A DNA stretch of 64,000 bases from assembly GCA_048013815.1 (NCBI GenBank), contig CM106586.1, positions 5,642,001 through 5,706,000 on the forward strand, in the 5' to 3' direction. Position 1 is the first letter of the stretch. Each line of letters starts with the position of its first letter. The position numbers and the translations under genes are program-made. The notes beneath the pieces were generated by a model. That model was not told the origin of the DNA. It saw only the letters and a program-made list of their open reading frames with translations, and did not search any database. The stretch is from Setoptus koraiensis. Lineage: Eukaryota; Animalia; Arthropoda. Shown in pieces: positions 36,115-49,528 of this stretch.

Positions 36115-38920
36115 CTAAAATTGAATTTTTTTTTCGAAAATTTTTTTTTTCGAAATGGTGATTTCGGGGAGATCCCAAGCCCAGTTAGGACATATTTTTC
36201 GCCTACATTTTTGCTTGTCGTTGGTATTTGTTTTCGACTCGTATTTACGCTTTGGAGAGATGATGAAACAGCAACGAAAAGCGGCTCGATTATCGGTCGA
36301 GACTGGGCGAAACGAAGAGAAAACCAGACGACACTTGGCCTCGTTTGAAGATAGGGGCGATTCTTCTGAGCGATGTCTGGTTCGATCCGCTGGTGAGATG
36401 ACGCTTGGCCGCACACTGTCCCCCATATTTGTCCATCGTGAACAAGACGCAATCTCTCTGATCATGGTTATCTAATCTCTAATTGGTATCGCTAGACAAA
36501 ATGTTGCGAGACAATTACCGTCGGCTGTGTGGTAATATCTGTTAAGATGTAATACCTGTGGTTGCGTGTTACACATAAGTTACTTTATTCCAACTGGACC
36601 TAAGCAAACTTCTTACTTCTGTGTTGGCGAAACAGTAAAGTACAGCAACGACAAAGCCCTGGATCAAGTGGCCATTTGAAAGATTAGAGAGGACAATGTG
36701 CGGAGTGAAGAATGGGTGAGCAAGGAGAATGTCATCAGTGTTGTAGTTGTTTTGGTCATCATTAGATTAATTTCGCAGCGGAAATTAAATTGTTGTTGTT
36801 TTTCTATCCACGCGCACACGCATTGCTGAATTACTGTAGGTCTGGCTACTACTCACTTGTGAAGATAGCAAAAATGCCTTGAGATAGGCCAATATTATGA
36901 GGGCCCACATTGATCGCGGCTGCCAAATAAAAAGTACATGTGTTCCTCCCAATAGTGGAATCAATAAAGTCAAAGCTTTAGCGGCCGCCTTGTAGGAGCT
37001 GATTAGACAATTTAGATTGTTAGTATTTGCTTGCCCATACACACTGCATGTGACCGTTTAATTGCTTGAGCCATAGCTTACCTGTACTGCGATACAGTAG
37101 CCATATTGGCCGACGTCTTGAATCGAGTCACCAGTGCAAATATGACCTCTCCCATGAAGACGGTGTTCATCTGCATGAAAACGATTAGCAGACAATTCGC
37201 AACATGATCATATTAGAAAATTGTGGGACACAAGCAATTCATTTAGCGGCGTGCGTGATCTATGTTTTGTACACCCCGATTTTCTGAATTCAACATACCT
37301 ATCAAATGATCTGCCGCGGGGTGTATCTCTTACATGTTTGCGGGGTGCTTGTGTGGACACTCACCAGTAGTAATACAATGATGGGAACTATATAAACTAA
37401 ATCAATTGCTATGTGTCCAAATTGCCAGGGACACCTAGACAGCGGGTGCAATCAGAGAGATTGTTATCACAAACAGATAATTGCAAGTACAGCTATGATA
37501 GACAGTCGAAACAAGATGTCATTGCTTCGCTTACCCGGCAGCGTGGGTGCCCTCGTAGTAGTATCCCTTCAACAGAGTCCACAGCGACACTATAATGGCT
37601 GGCATGACTGGAACGCATGGACAAACAAACAATTATCATCGAGCCGACAGTTATTTCGAGTGAAAGCAATTGCTCGTTATTTGTCCTAATCAAGCTCAAT
37701 ATCCGCTAATTTGTGATCGCCCGCTGAGAGCGACCAATCACTGGACGTATAACGCAACTTAATATCAGGATGTTATTAACAACAGTAAAAAAACATCCAG
37801 GAAACACATCCTATGGCATGCACTTACCCCAACCGATGAACATGTAATAGCTGACGCTGACATCGTTGAATCGCAATGTTCTAACAACGAGAGCGTGCAA
37901 ATAGAGGCCCTCAACAAACATCCAAAAGAAATTTGTGCTTATGATATAGGTGAGCAATACAAACATGTAGCAAGTGGCCCCTTTTGAAGGTCCCTCGTTG
38001 GCATGATAGCTAGTGGTGAACAATGTTGCCGCTTGCTGTGTCTCCACCAGGGACATCATAGAGGCCGATTGGTAGCTACTAGCTAGGTGAGTGACCGGAA
38101 GTTTGGGAGTAATGGTTTCAATGGTGGCCGCTTCTGTAGCTGCTGCTGATGACGAAAGTGAGTGAGTTGTTTGCTGTTGGCGATTTGATTTAATTTCGTC
38201 TAGATAGTTTGTGTGCAATGTGAACGTTGCAATCCAAGTTATATTGAACAACAGATAGGTTATCATTAGATTCATGTGAATAATATTTCTCAGACAGTGC
38301 AGCTCTTTGTAATAGACAAATATGAGTAGTGCTATCACTAGTACAATCATGGATAAACCATATCCAACATAATAGATAATGGCCGCGTTCCTAAGTGCAC
38401 CTGACATGGCCGTTATAATGTTTGGCATTATATCAACATTAACTCCGCCGCCGCCAGCACCAGCGCCATCGTTTTGTAAATGATTTCGTAAATAATCACT
38501 AGTTGGCCTACACATATCATAATTTGATTTATCTATCCAAGTGCCATTCAATTGACACAAACGAGTCACATTGAACGATGTGTCATACTCAACGCCTTGC
38601 AATTCCGCCAGACACGGCCTAGACACCAATGTGCCCGCCTCGCTCTCGGGCCAGCACATCAGGCCATCCCAAGACATCGGACAAGATATGGTTGTTGTCT
38701 GGCTCAGGCGAGGCCGAGCTCCGTCGGAACTGTAACTGTTTCTGCTGTCAAGCACATGAGATAAATTATTGTTGACATCATGACCTTTGTGCACGGAAGA
38801 CACCGAAGACTGAATTATTAATCTGTTGTTGATGTTGCTGGTAATTTGTTGTCGGCGATAGTGACAATTAATCTGATTGGACTCGTGGAAACTTTTGCTT
38901 TCTGCTCTTGTCGCAGTCAT
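36115..38920 (-). CDS. Class B GPCR, CRF-like diuretic hormone (DH44) receptor family; multi-exon; C-terminal tail boundary uncertain
   Basis: ECD CPMSWDGLMCWP...GVEYDTSFNVTRLCQLNGTW..SNYDMC; YYVGYGLS..KELHCLRNIIHMNL; TNFFWMFVEGLYLH; downstream exons VMPAIIVSLW, CPW...YIVPIIVLL, MNTVFMGEVIFALVTRFK, KAAAKALTLLIPLLGGTH, QGFVVAVLYCFANTEVRSLLRSSW. Confidence 0.9.
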
Positions 38921-39974
38921 TGTTAATTGCTGCCGTTGTCGTTATTGTTATGATTGGCGTCATTCAACACAGTTTGCACATGGTGCAGTCAATGATTGCA
39001 ATGATTGTCATGGTGACATGACGATGGTGATATATTGACAACTAAATTGGTATGATGACACAGCGCCTATTATTCTGCAAAACTCTTTCTGTCTCATTCT
39101 ATGTTTATATGTCTTTCTGACAAATGTACTCGTTTCTGGCCAAGAATGTATCAGAACGAATTCGAATCGGATTGGAGCAGGTCTCATTGTCACAAGTAAA
39201 CACCGAAGATAGGTGACATGCGCGTCTAACCAGGTTACCCCGCGCTAGCGAAACAATTTTATCTAATCGAAGCCAATAAACAATGCAACTCGATCTCGCA
39301 TTGTCAGCAGCAGCTCAACGCGAGTAATGTTGAACCTAGGTGAGCTATGTTTCGTTAGAGCTGGTCATCCCAAATCCCAGTACTCTGGCACTCCGCTACG
39401 CTATACTCCAACTAGATACAAACGAACTAGCGCCCGATGTCTCATTAGTATCAACTGCATGAACCTTTTCTCTGAGCCCCAATCTACGACACAATTGAAC
39501 CATCACGCATGAGTACCAAATAAGCGCAATATTTCGGTCGCTATCCACCGTCCAAACGTATCCTGAAATGAAATAAAGAGAGTTATTAATGGCATTTGCA
39601 TACATATTACATGTACCACCATGTGCAATACAACAATAGGCCGCAAACCAAATCTCCGTAAACTACATAATGTATACGTGCATGCAAATCCGATTACGGT
39701 CATCATTTCATTAGTATCTTGCACGACGAGAACGACAAAGTGACCGATAACGAACAGGGTTGTCTGGCTAAATTAATTTATTAAAGCTGACGAGAGGTTC
39801 TTTGGTATGATAACTTTATTGATTGGTGCCCACTGTTCTGTTACAAACAAAGAATTGGCTTGACTGTTGTTGCTACATTAATCAGAACAAGCTTTCTGTT
39901 AATTTCTCGCACATCCACTGTCGGCCTCTAAATTGTTGTTGCTACTGATCAGGAGTTCATGGTGCCAAAAATCT

Positions 39975-41089
39975 CTACTGCGAAGCTGTGTCGACGCCTT
40001 GCTGCTGTTGTTGCTGGTTCTCTTGACCATTGTCCGACGATTGGTTTCCTTGCTCACCCTGTTGTTGCTGTTCTCCCTGTTGTTGCTGCTCTTGTTGTTG
40101 CTCTTGTTGTTGCTCTTGTTGTTGTTGCTCTTGGTTGTTTCCTTGATCATCAGAGCCTTGCTGTTGACCTCGGCCGTTGTTTTGTTGGTCACGAGGGGGA
40201 GGGGGGCGACGACCGAATGGTGGCGGTGGTGGTGGAGGATGATGGTGGTGGGGACCTGGTGGTCCTGGTGGATGATGGTGGTGTGGACCTGGTGGTCCGG
40301 GTGGATGATGGTGGTGCGGACCTGGTGGTGGCGGTGGGGGATGATGGTGGACCATACCATGGAATGGTGGTGGCGGAGGTGGGGGATGATGGTAGAACAT
40401 ACCATGGAATGGTGGTGGCGGAGGTGGTGGCATATAAGGATAATAGTATATAACCGATGGAGTTTCTTGAAATGATGGTTGATTGTTGTAATAGAACATA
40501 CCTGGTCGAGGTGGTGGCGGAGGTGGTCCACGGTGATGCTTATGATGCGGTGGATGAGGTTTAGTTTGGTTCTTGTTGTCTGGAGCTGTAGTTTAGAGAC
40601 ACACAAGATAAGATATACATTCAATATATATGCAAATGAAGATGCAAAACTGGCGATGCCAGCTAACTATTTAGTAATTATTTTCATCAATGTTTACCTG
40701 TTTGCTTCTGCTCTTCCTCCGATTTGTTCTCTTCGTTCGATTGATCTTGCTCGTCGGTTGGGCTTGCTTCATCGTTTTCATCTTGACCATTCAGATCTCC
40801 TTGCAGTTCATCGTTCGAAGTTTGATTTCCTTGTTGCTTGTTTTCCTCCAATTGCTCTTGTTGCTGATTGTTGATGTTTGAATCGTCTGATTGCTCCTGT
40901 TGGGCATAACAGACTGAGGCTGTCGTATTGGGGCAGATTGTTGCATAGAGATAAAATCATAGATTTTTCTTTATAAGTTCCACCGCTCTTCAAATGATCT
41001 AAGTGTTAGTTGTAAAAAGTAATGATGGACGATAACTCACCAGCCAACAATACGCAGGCGACCAAAGCTAATATGATTAGTTTTGCCAT
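39975..41089 (-). CDS. Secreted low-complexity orphan protein: acidic Q/E/N/D block, Pro/His/Tyr repeat block, acidic Q/E block; exons 41041-41089, 40698-40919, 39975-40585 (293 aa)
   Basis: MAKLIILALVACVLLA|ASVCYA signal peptide across a phase-1 intron; canonical GT-AG sites; 882 nt total, frame intact. Confidence 0.85.
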
Positions 41090-42030
41090 CTTGTCTTATT
41101 TTATCTGTGACAATTTTATCTGGTTGCGACTATGTTATCAGGTAGAAGAATATTAATTCGTTGTTATTGTGACCAAACTATGCCAATGTTGGTGTCCTTT
41201 TATAGTCTTGCCGAGACAGACACTGAAGGGGGTCAATGAAGTCTTGAATAATTTCGACATGATGCATTCTAATGCATTCGCGACTGACAATGATTTCTGA
41301 TTAAATAACAAACAAAATCTAGTGACAATGGCAGCGTAAATAGAATAAGAAAATGTGATGCAATCGATGACGTTCACTGTCTATAACTAAATGATTTATT
41401 TATGAGGTTCATATAGTATTGCATGGGTCCTAGCTCGCGACACATAATTTATTCACTTGCTACAAAAAAGCAACAAACTCAACTGTGACGCTACAATTGG
41501 GGTATAGATTTCCTATTCCCAGCTGGAGGCTTCTAAGCCGGAAATGGTGTCACGTCTCCCTGTCTATCGTCGATATTGCCTCTGTCCTTGCCGAAAATGT
41601 TACCCCAGAGGCTGGATAAAAATACATGCCTACATAGTTCACTCAGAAGGTATTTCGTTGTTTCCCATCATGTATCACCATAAAAAATCTGTTCTCACCA
41701 ACATTATAGGCAATGCACTACGTGATTCTTCGACAGGATTGCAAATCAATCGTTGCGATGAAAAAATTCTCAAAGATAGAAACACAATGGGTTCGAAAGA
41801 AGGCGTAATATCTTAGCTTGCCTTGTATGTGATATATTCACACCACATATGTCTGGTCAGTTTGCTGGTAGGTGGATTAGTTAACTTTCAGGCACACTTT
41901 ATTTCTTTTTTTCGAAAGTTTATGAGACTTAACAGGATCTGACATTAGTAATTTATTAAAGAGATGCTAATCTAACAATAATAACCATGAAGTATTCAAC
42001 TTATAAGTATTTCGCTATGATGTAACAATA

Positions 42031-44430
42031 TCAACATATATCACTAAGGTTGTCGATGGATTTTACGGCGGCTAAGTATTGTGTGATGACTCGTTCCAGA
42101 TAGAATGATGGTACATATGGTAATAGGCCTTCCATGAATCCTATGTGACCTCCTCTAGCTGTAAATTACAAAAATGAGTTTGATTGTAAAAATTTAGTAA
42201 ATTTAAGTCGCTCTCGTCGAATTCTAGAAGTTAATCTTTCATGTTTATAACTAACCTGTAACAATCATAGCACAATTGGAGTTATTCTTGATGTGTTCTA
42301 ATGGCAAGAATTGATAAGGACAAAATATATCGTCTGCGGCATTTATGCATAAAGTTGGCTTTTTGATTTGAGATATTCTGTGATAGTTGCTCGCATCTTT
42401 GTGGTAATCCTCTACTGAATCGTAGCCCCATAATATACGAGTGAATCTGTCATCGAATTCGCGGAGGTTCTTACTACCCATCACACTATCGAAGTCTATG
42501 CCTGAGTTAGGTGAAGAATAAACCTCTTTGTTCTCATAAACTACTCGAAGCAGGGACTTGGTCAAATGTGTATTCAGAGCACTATTCAAACCTGGCTCAC
42601 TGAGGCTTTTGCACCCTTCAATCTGATGAGTTTGGGAGTACAATTGTGAAGATAAACGAAAATCAGATACTGAATTTTTTTCGAATTTCACTCACTAGAT
42701 CAACGTCCATTCAAGAAATGTAGTAATGTAATGTACTTACGAAATCAAAACAAACCGAGACAAGCATAGCGGCATCAACTATAGCTTCATCTCCTTTCTC
42801 AGCCAAATATCTTGCTAAGACAATACCACCGAGAGATATACCAACTGCGACAATTCTCGAATCCGGGTGGTTTCGTCTTATTTGTTTAAGACATGTTTCA
42901 AGGTCATCATAGTTGGTAGCGCAATATAGTCTGGGCGTTTTGATCCTCATGCCGCCTCGCGCCCTGTTGTTGAAGACAGCGACTTTATAACCCACTTCAC
43001 TTGACATTGCTACTGCCGTCCTTATGTATTCAGTTTGAGAATCGCCGACTAGTCCGGGAAGAAATAGTGCAATGGATTTACCATTATCATCACTCAATTG
43101 ATCTTTAGATGATTCGTTAGACCAATCGGGTTCGTCATAACAGTATTGAGTATTAGGCATTGGCAATGAGGTGCCGGGGCCCTCGTACCAATCGATAGAC
43201 ACATGAGATCGAATATCAGATGAAACTGTTGTATTTGTTCCTATCACTTTGTCGCTTTCTTGGTCCTTTGAGTTATTTGTAACAAGGCTAACTGCATCAT
43301 TGGATTTCTTTTTTTCTTTCCTGACTGGAAAGTCATTGGCGACCTGAATATATTCCCTCTTATATTTTGGAATTGGAATCACAGCCCTTATGCCGTTAGC
43401 CAGCAGTGTCTGTGCATGAGTATGTGCACACCATAGTGTTGGTCGAAATTCTTGTTCAAATATGGGACAATGTTCTTGTAGGAATTTCTTGAAATTTCCT
43501 TCGCAACACACAAGTTCTGGTTTCTATATCATAATTCAGAGAAAATTGTTGTCTTTGATTAGTTTCTTAATGTTTACTCAACTAGTCATAGGAACATCTA
43601 CATGCTAAAGAGTTATTGTCGTGAAAGAGTTAAAATTACACTTGACCCGTCAACTAACAAGTTGACCTTGTTAATGTTGCTCTATCATTTGCACCATTAA
43701 GTGAAAAGTTGCACTTAATGTTCGCCAGTTATCAGCTAGTACAAATGCACTAAGGTTCTGTGCAAAGCAATTGTAACAGGTAGATGAATGGTGAATACTT
43801 ACTCTTACTACGTTTTTGAGATAATATACTGTTGATTCGGATATAGAATATTGGATGATAAAGTTTAAATGACGCAAGATTAAAGATTAGCTTTGAATGT
43901 AAGGATAATCGATTGAAAGTTCATTTCTGCGAGAGTTTAGTGATTACAGTAGTCTGTGCTCATTGCCTCGCATGAAGACGGCTCGCGAGATGTCGAACAA
44001 GTGATATTTGTATCCATCGAAATGGCAATTAATCTGAGCATTAGACATGCAAGATTCAATGTTGCATTGAACCGTCGGCAGAATTAATGTTTTCTTGATA
44101 TAGTGTCTATAGCTCAGAGCGAGCAAGTCTCGATGACGTCAATGGGTTGACATTTACTACATGATAATGTAGAAAGTACAAAGACTCGTCTACGAAGACT
44201 TAATCAAAAGTAACCTAAAAATCATTATTTGTATTGATACCTAATGCTCACTTACCATAATATATCATGAAGAAGAATAGAAAAACACTGGTTGTGGGAT
44301 TTGTTTCGTAGAAATTTCCTAAACCCTTTTGTAATGATACGACAACATCTGAAATTGATGCACTTGACAGGCCATCTAGCACCCAACTGGGTGAAGATAG
44401 CAACAAGTCAAGAAACTGATGTGACGACAT
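42031..44430 (-). CDS. ABHD3: Alpha/beta-hydrolase ABHD1/ABHD3-like (phospholipase), 5 exons including a 26-nt microexon at 43803-43828
   Basis: VYYLKNVVR|KPELVC; FRPTLWC..THAQT; LPGLVGDS..YI; VFNNRARGG..KTPRLYCA; GISLGG nucleophile elbow; INAADDIFCP; ARGGHIGFMEG. Confidence 0.9.
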
Positions 44431-47400
44431 GTGAAAACTTGATGAGAGTATACTATTGCCCTGTAAAAGTCACTTAAGATAAATATTTCTTTTCTCAGAT
44501 TTTGTTCGCTTATTTGTTGTTCGATATCCAAATCAAATGCACTTGTATATTCTGTCTCAAGTACATCCTAGATAACTGGCGAAAAATGGCTAGAGTTTGC
44601 GCAAAGATTGATCGATACTTTTGTTCTTCTGTTCCTCTGGACAACTTGAAATCTATTTAGAGAATTCTTTTATATTGTTGATCTATTGTATGTTGCAGGA
44701 GTTGATTTTTTCTTTCTTTATAGTAATAATTTAGGCTCCTAATGCAAATGGTTAACAAGAGCAATCGATATAGTTTCTATTGGTATTGGCTCATTGAATG
44801 AAAATGTCTTGCTTTATGATGAGATTGATTAATAAATGATAATATTATTATCCGGAAAATGTGGCTTTATTGGACTTGCAGATTTTCACTTATTGATTGA
44901 AAACTTTATCTTGAACAGTGTGTCGTCGACACGTTAGATACCAACAATCAAATGAAAGTAATATTCTATTTCCCTTATTGTGTGTTCTCGGCCGAGATGA
45001 TGTTGACGATAATGATGCAATGAGTCAACAGCATCTATGAGAGATTAGTCATAGTATCAGTTTAGCTCTGTCAACTACGGCAAATAACTACAGCTGGGTT
45101 ATAGTGTGACTGCGAATTATATTTATAAATGTGTGTTCACTTACTCCCCCACCGAGCAAAAGCACATGTATTACAGTTTCCTTGATAAAGCTGCTACTGT
45201 TGTTATTGCTGCTATTACACTATTGTGTACTACTATTATTACCACTAAATAAGCAACTTACAGTAAGTATCTATTTTCACAATCAGTCTTTCTTCTTATT
45301 TGTTCCACGAACTTTCTATTGGGCTACAACAACACACAATGATCAAGAGTTGTGTTTACGAATCGAACCTTGGATTGAAAGGATCGTATTGTTCTAGAAT
45401 AGTGCAAGTCACTTGAGCAGAACTAAATTGCTTGTGGCCGATTATAATCTATATCAGCTGCATAAATGATGACGGCGGCGTCACTATGAGTTAATGACTG
45501 TTGTGGATTGACAAACCGGGTTAAATACTTCAAAGCTATTTCTTGTATGACTCTTTCTCTCCCTCTCTCTCTCTCTCTCTCTACTATACGATAAAAATCT
45601 GCTCGAGTGAGTGTACGGGAGGAGCTAGAGTGTGCTTGATGTGTTCCACAAAGGGTCTGGCTTTCTGTATGTCTATCTCGAGTATATATGAATGAGCAAC
45701 ACAAGCATCAATCTTTATGGGTTACACAATGGATGATGATGCCGCTAATTATTGTGATCGCTTGCTGCTGTATGTATGCCTCGGATGTTGTATGTGTGTG
45801 CTTGCTATTGATTTGGTATTTGGTATATGTAGGAATAGCGTGGTTGTAGCTTGACGAAGACAATGAAGGGGTAAGTGACATTCACACCACGAGGCAGTAG
45901 GTGTGTGTGTGGCAAACGGCTGTATTGGAACAACAACAACTTTGTTGCCTTGCTCGGTTAGCTATATAATCACTATGGCACTTCCTCGTTTCAAGCCGCT
46001 GATCACACGAATTTGTTGCTGCTGCCAGTGTTTAGTGCTTAATTACAGTCGACGAAATGAAAAATATTTTTATAATCCGCGAATTATGAGAGACACGAAC
46101 AACTGTGTGATTGACTGGCTCGATTGATTGGCTGCTACGGCTACGTATTTATGATGTTGATGTTTTTGTTGTCCTTTGTCGGTATATGTATATGTTACCA
46201 GTGAACAGCAGATTGGATATTTGTTGTTGTTGTTCAGCGTTCCAGCGAGCTATTGTTGTCACGAGACTGATATTAATAGCAGATTTTATTCATGGAAATT
46301 CATGGATATTCCAAAATTGACATCATCCAGTGAAACGAGTTGAATGTTTGTGTGAATTCGGCGTGTCTGCAATATATCTATCGTGGCTGACAGGGTTATG
46401 GCTTCATCTTTTTGGTTCTAGGTGAGGATGGCAAAATACTAATAATAAATATTGTGAGCTGCCAACGATTTCTCTGCTAATGAGATTGTTCTACTTTTGA
46501 ATATGGCAAACGTTCGATTATTTTGTTCTCTAGTCGAATTTTCTCGAGATAAAAATGAATGATGATGAAACAATTCGATCTGGAAAATTCCATGTTCCAC
46601 AGTAGCTGTGAGAGGTATACGGCAAATTCGCATGTGATTGTAATGGCCAACAGAGCGGCTTGTTGTGCATACAGGCCGCTGCACTAATAAGCCTCGGCCC
46701 GACTGTTTGACCGTGTGTCACCGTCTCAGTATATCACAGCGCACCAATGCTGCCAGATCTGTGCCCATTATCTAGTGTGCGCCCTGTATTTTAAGTTCAC
46801 TCTTGCGTGTGTGTCACATATTGACTCAATTTGTTTGTGTGTGTGCGTGTGTTTTCGGCCGAACGAAAATGGCACACAATCAGTTCTCACTGGAACATTC
46901 GAAAGCTCACGATCGATACACGCAAAAATGACGAGTCGAATGGCATTTTAAAATCGCCGACGCCGCCGCGGCCCGGCCCCCGCATACAATTCGACCATTG
47001 AAAACACGGGTGTCACGCCCACCTTCTAGATAAATCACATAATTTCGCCCGACAAGCTTCGTAAGCATAAAGGCGACATTATACCACAGCGAGTTCGTGA
47101 TTGACTCCATCAATTGACTCGCCACGGGGCTCTCTAATAACAACAAGGCTCCAATGAAAGCGGAGGGGCTCCTCGAGTAATTATAAAGTTTCAGTCTGCT
47201 TAAATGTAATTGGAGCCAACTGCAGTCGTTTGTTCGCTGAAATGTTCGCTTGATAGGGCGGCAAACTCAAGTTAGTTGAGGCGATGAAAACGCGATAGCT
47301 TCTCAAATCTCGTCTACGCTCAAAGAATGAATCATCAACAGTAAAGGTCTCCGATGCCCAATCGGATGTTTGATCTTCAAGGTGATAACCTTGAGTTCTA

Positions 47401-47856
47401 TCAGCAGCTCGTCGCATGCAATCGACCAAAGTATAATAGACCTAAACTGTGATTGTTTTGCATGCTTGCATGCAAAATGCCAAGTACACAACTTGAATGA
47501 TTACATAACGAAAACAAACTTGTGTCGCTGTCTCTCTTTAGTTAGGCAAACAAAACACATCAATGAAGTATCGCGGTATCTTGCAAACAACGAGTGCATG
47601 TAGACGCAAAATATCCAGTTAAACCAATGCTGATATTTTCTTTTTCCTTTTTTTAAACAGACCTTCCAATGAAATATATTACTGCTCGTCATATCATGCG
47701 ACTTATATGGCGACTCAATTCTCTTGCTTTATTGATATTATAACTACTGTGTTGTGAACGAAAAATTACCAGGCAAGTTTCGAGAATCACAAAAGCCCAT
47801 CACCGTAATGAAAGATTTACTATGCACCAACCTACTTCTATCAAAATGTTCCTTGT

Positions 47857-47895
47857 ATGAAACGAACACCACACTGTATGTGGTGTTCGTTTCAT
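47857..47895. repeat. Perfect 17-bp inverted repeat with 5-nt loop
   Basis: atgaaacgaacaccaca-ctgta-tgtggtgttcgtttcat. Confidence 0.95.
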
Positions 47896-49528
47896 GTGCC
47901 CCGTGAATATGGACAGACAAAATCCAAAAATAGACTCGCTTATAGAAGAGAAAGAAGTAGATTGACAAATTCAAGGGTTTGCTTTGGCTAGTGAGACTTC
48001 GAACTGAAGAAGGTTGACGATAAGTAAGGTTTGCAATGGCGACTCCGTAATCACCGTACTTTGTTGACAAGAGTGCTAAGCTAGCAACAAGTATACGGCA
48101 AAGAGATGTGAGTGTTTAAGCTACCAATCAGATGTGAGTCATGACGATATTTAATTACATTATAAACGGATGGGTGTGATTTGAGTGTAAATATAACTTT
48201 TGTCTCCAACATGAGCAACCAAAAGCGTAGATATCTCAATCACAAGACCACAGATGCAACATGCATTACATAAGCAGTCTCGAAAAATTCCGACGGTTGA
48301 ATGTGTGGAAATAAACTAGACTAGACTGAATCACGTGGCCTCAGTGTGGGTCGTCGCGGTTGTTATCTAACCTCCAATCGACGAGGCTCAATAATGATGT
48401 CATTTACTATCACCCTCTTTAGTCAAATTTTCCATCAATGATCATTTTTGTTTGTGTCAGGCCTTAGGAAAAGCAAACAATTGTGGCCTCTGATCGTGCT
48501 CCCTGGCCGAAATTCGTATTGTATGTTTTTTTCGGAGTTGGTGGTCGTAGTTTTATTATCAATACACAGCCCAATTGTCATCCCAGCTGTGACTCGACAA
48601 ATTGCTGACTAAAATGGCGTCATGTCTAGCAGATACAGATCTCCAGTTGAATATCATCCGACGGATTCGTTGCACTGATTCGCCCTCCATCGGATCGTCA
48701 TTGAGGGATCGGTTGGGCATCGAACATAACAAATGAGGGAGCCAACAGATAAATTAGCTGATCAAATACATGGACAAGTGAAGTTGATTTGCCTCAAATA
48801 CAGCTAAATTCGATTCATGCAACGATCTCCAGACTTTCATTCGTCATTCTGATTTGTAAAGTTGGACAGAGACTGCTAATGATGCGTGTATCACACCAAC
48901 TGAGGATAAAGTGCCGTCGTTGATCTATCTAGATCTTATGAGGCATACCCTTACTGCGAACAAAATGGTTGATAGTTGTCTATCCATGGGCATTTGTCAG
49001 CCATCCTTTGTTTGTCAGATCGATATGATAGCGACCCAACGACCAAAGATTGAACTTGTCGTGTTCAGATTCTGAATTTCGGAGTGAGGGTCGTGTTTCT
49101 ATGTGTCGTTTAACGCTCCTCCGAGCGATGGAAGGATACTCTGAAATTTCTACCAAAAGTGAACGTTCTAAAATGGCAATTCGGCTCGTGTGAGTCGCAC
49201 AAAATGGACACCCAACACGAGCATAAGACTCATAGCGCATAAACTCACGACGGTCGGAATAGCTGATTTTTCACCAATGACAGGTTCGAGAACGAACAAA
49301 GAAACCACCGTTCACATGTACACACGTATGTTTTATGGTGTGATCTGTAGACAACAAAGATTTCTTATTGTTCCGTGTTGACGGTGGCAGTACTCATTGG
49401 ACCATACTCAATCCGTACATTCTACAACTAGCAACCTGGCATTTTATTCAAAATTTAAAATACTGAAATCATTCAAACATCTCCAAACATTTTTCAAATA
49501 TCCTGCCAACTGCTTCCGAGTGGACACA

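Noticed and set aside
36379-36388. GGTTCGATCC T-loop-like motif suggesting a tRNA
   Set aside because: Flanking bases do not form a T-stem or acceptor stem, and there is no D-arm/A-box at the right distance
39899-40624. Alternative-frame and antisense ORFs over the Pro/His gene (241, 180 and 164 aa)
   Set aside because: By-products of repetitive codons; only one frame joins a signal-peptide exon chain
42695-42740. Apparent 46-nt intron in ABHD
   Set aside because: It gives an in-frame stop; the downstream acceptor (actcatcag|attgaa) restores homology with a normal ~110-bp intron
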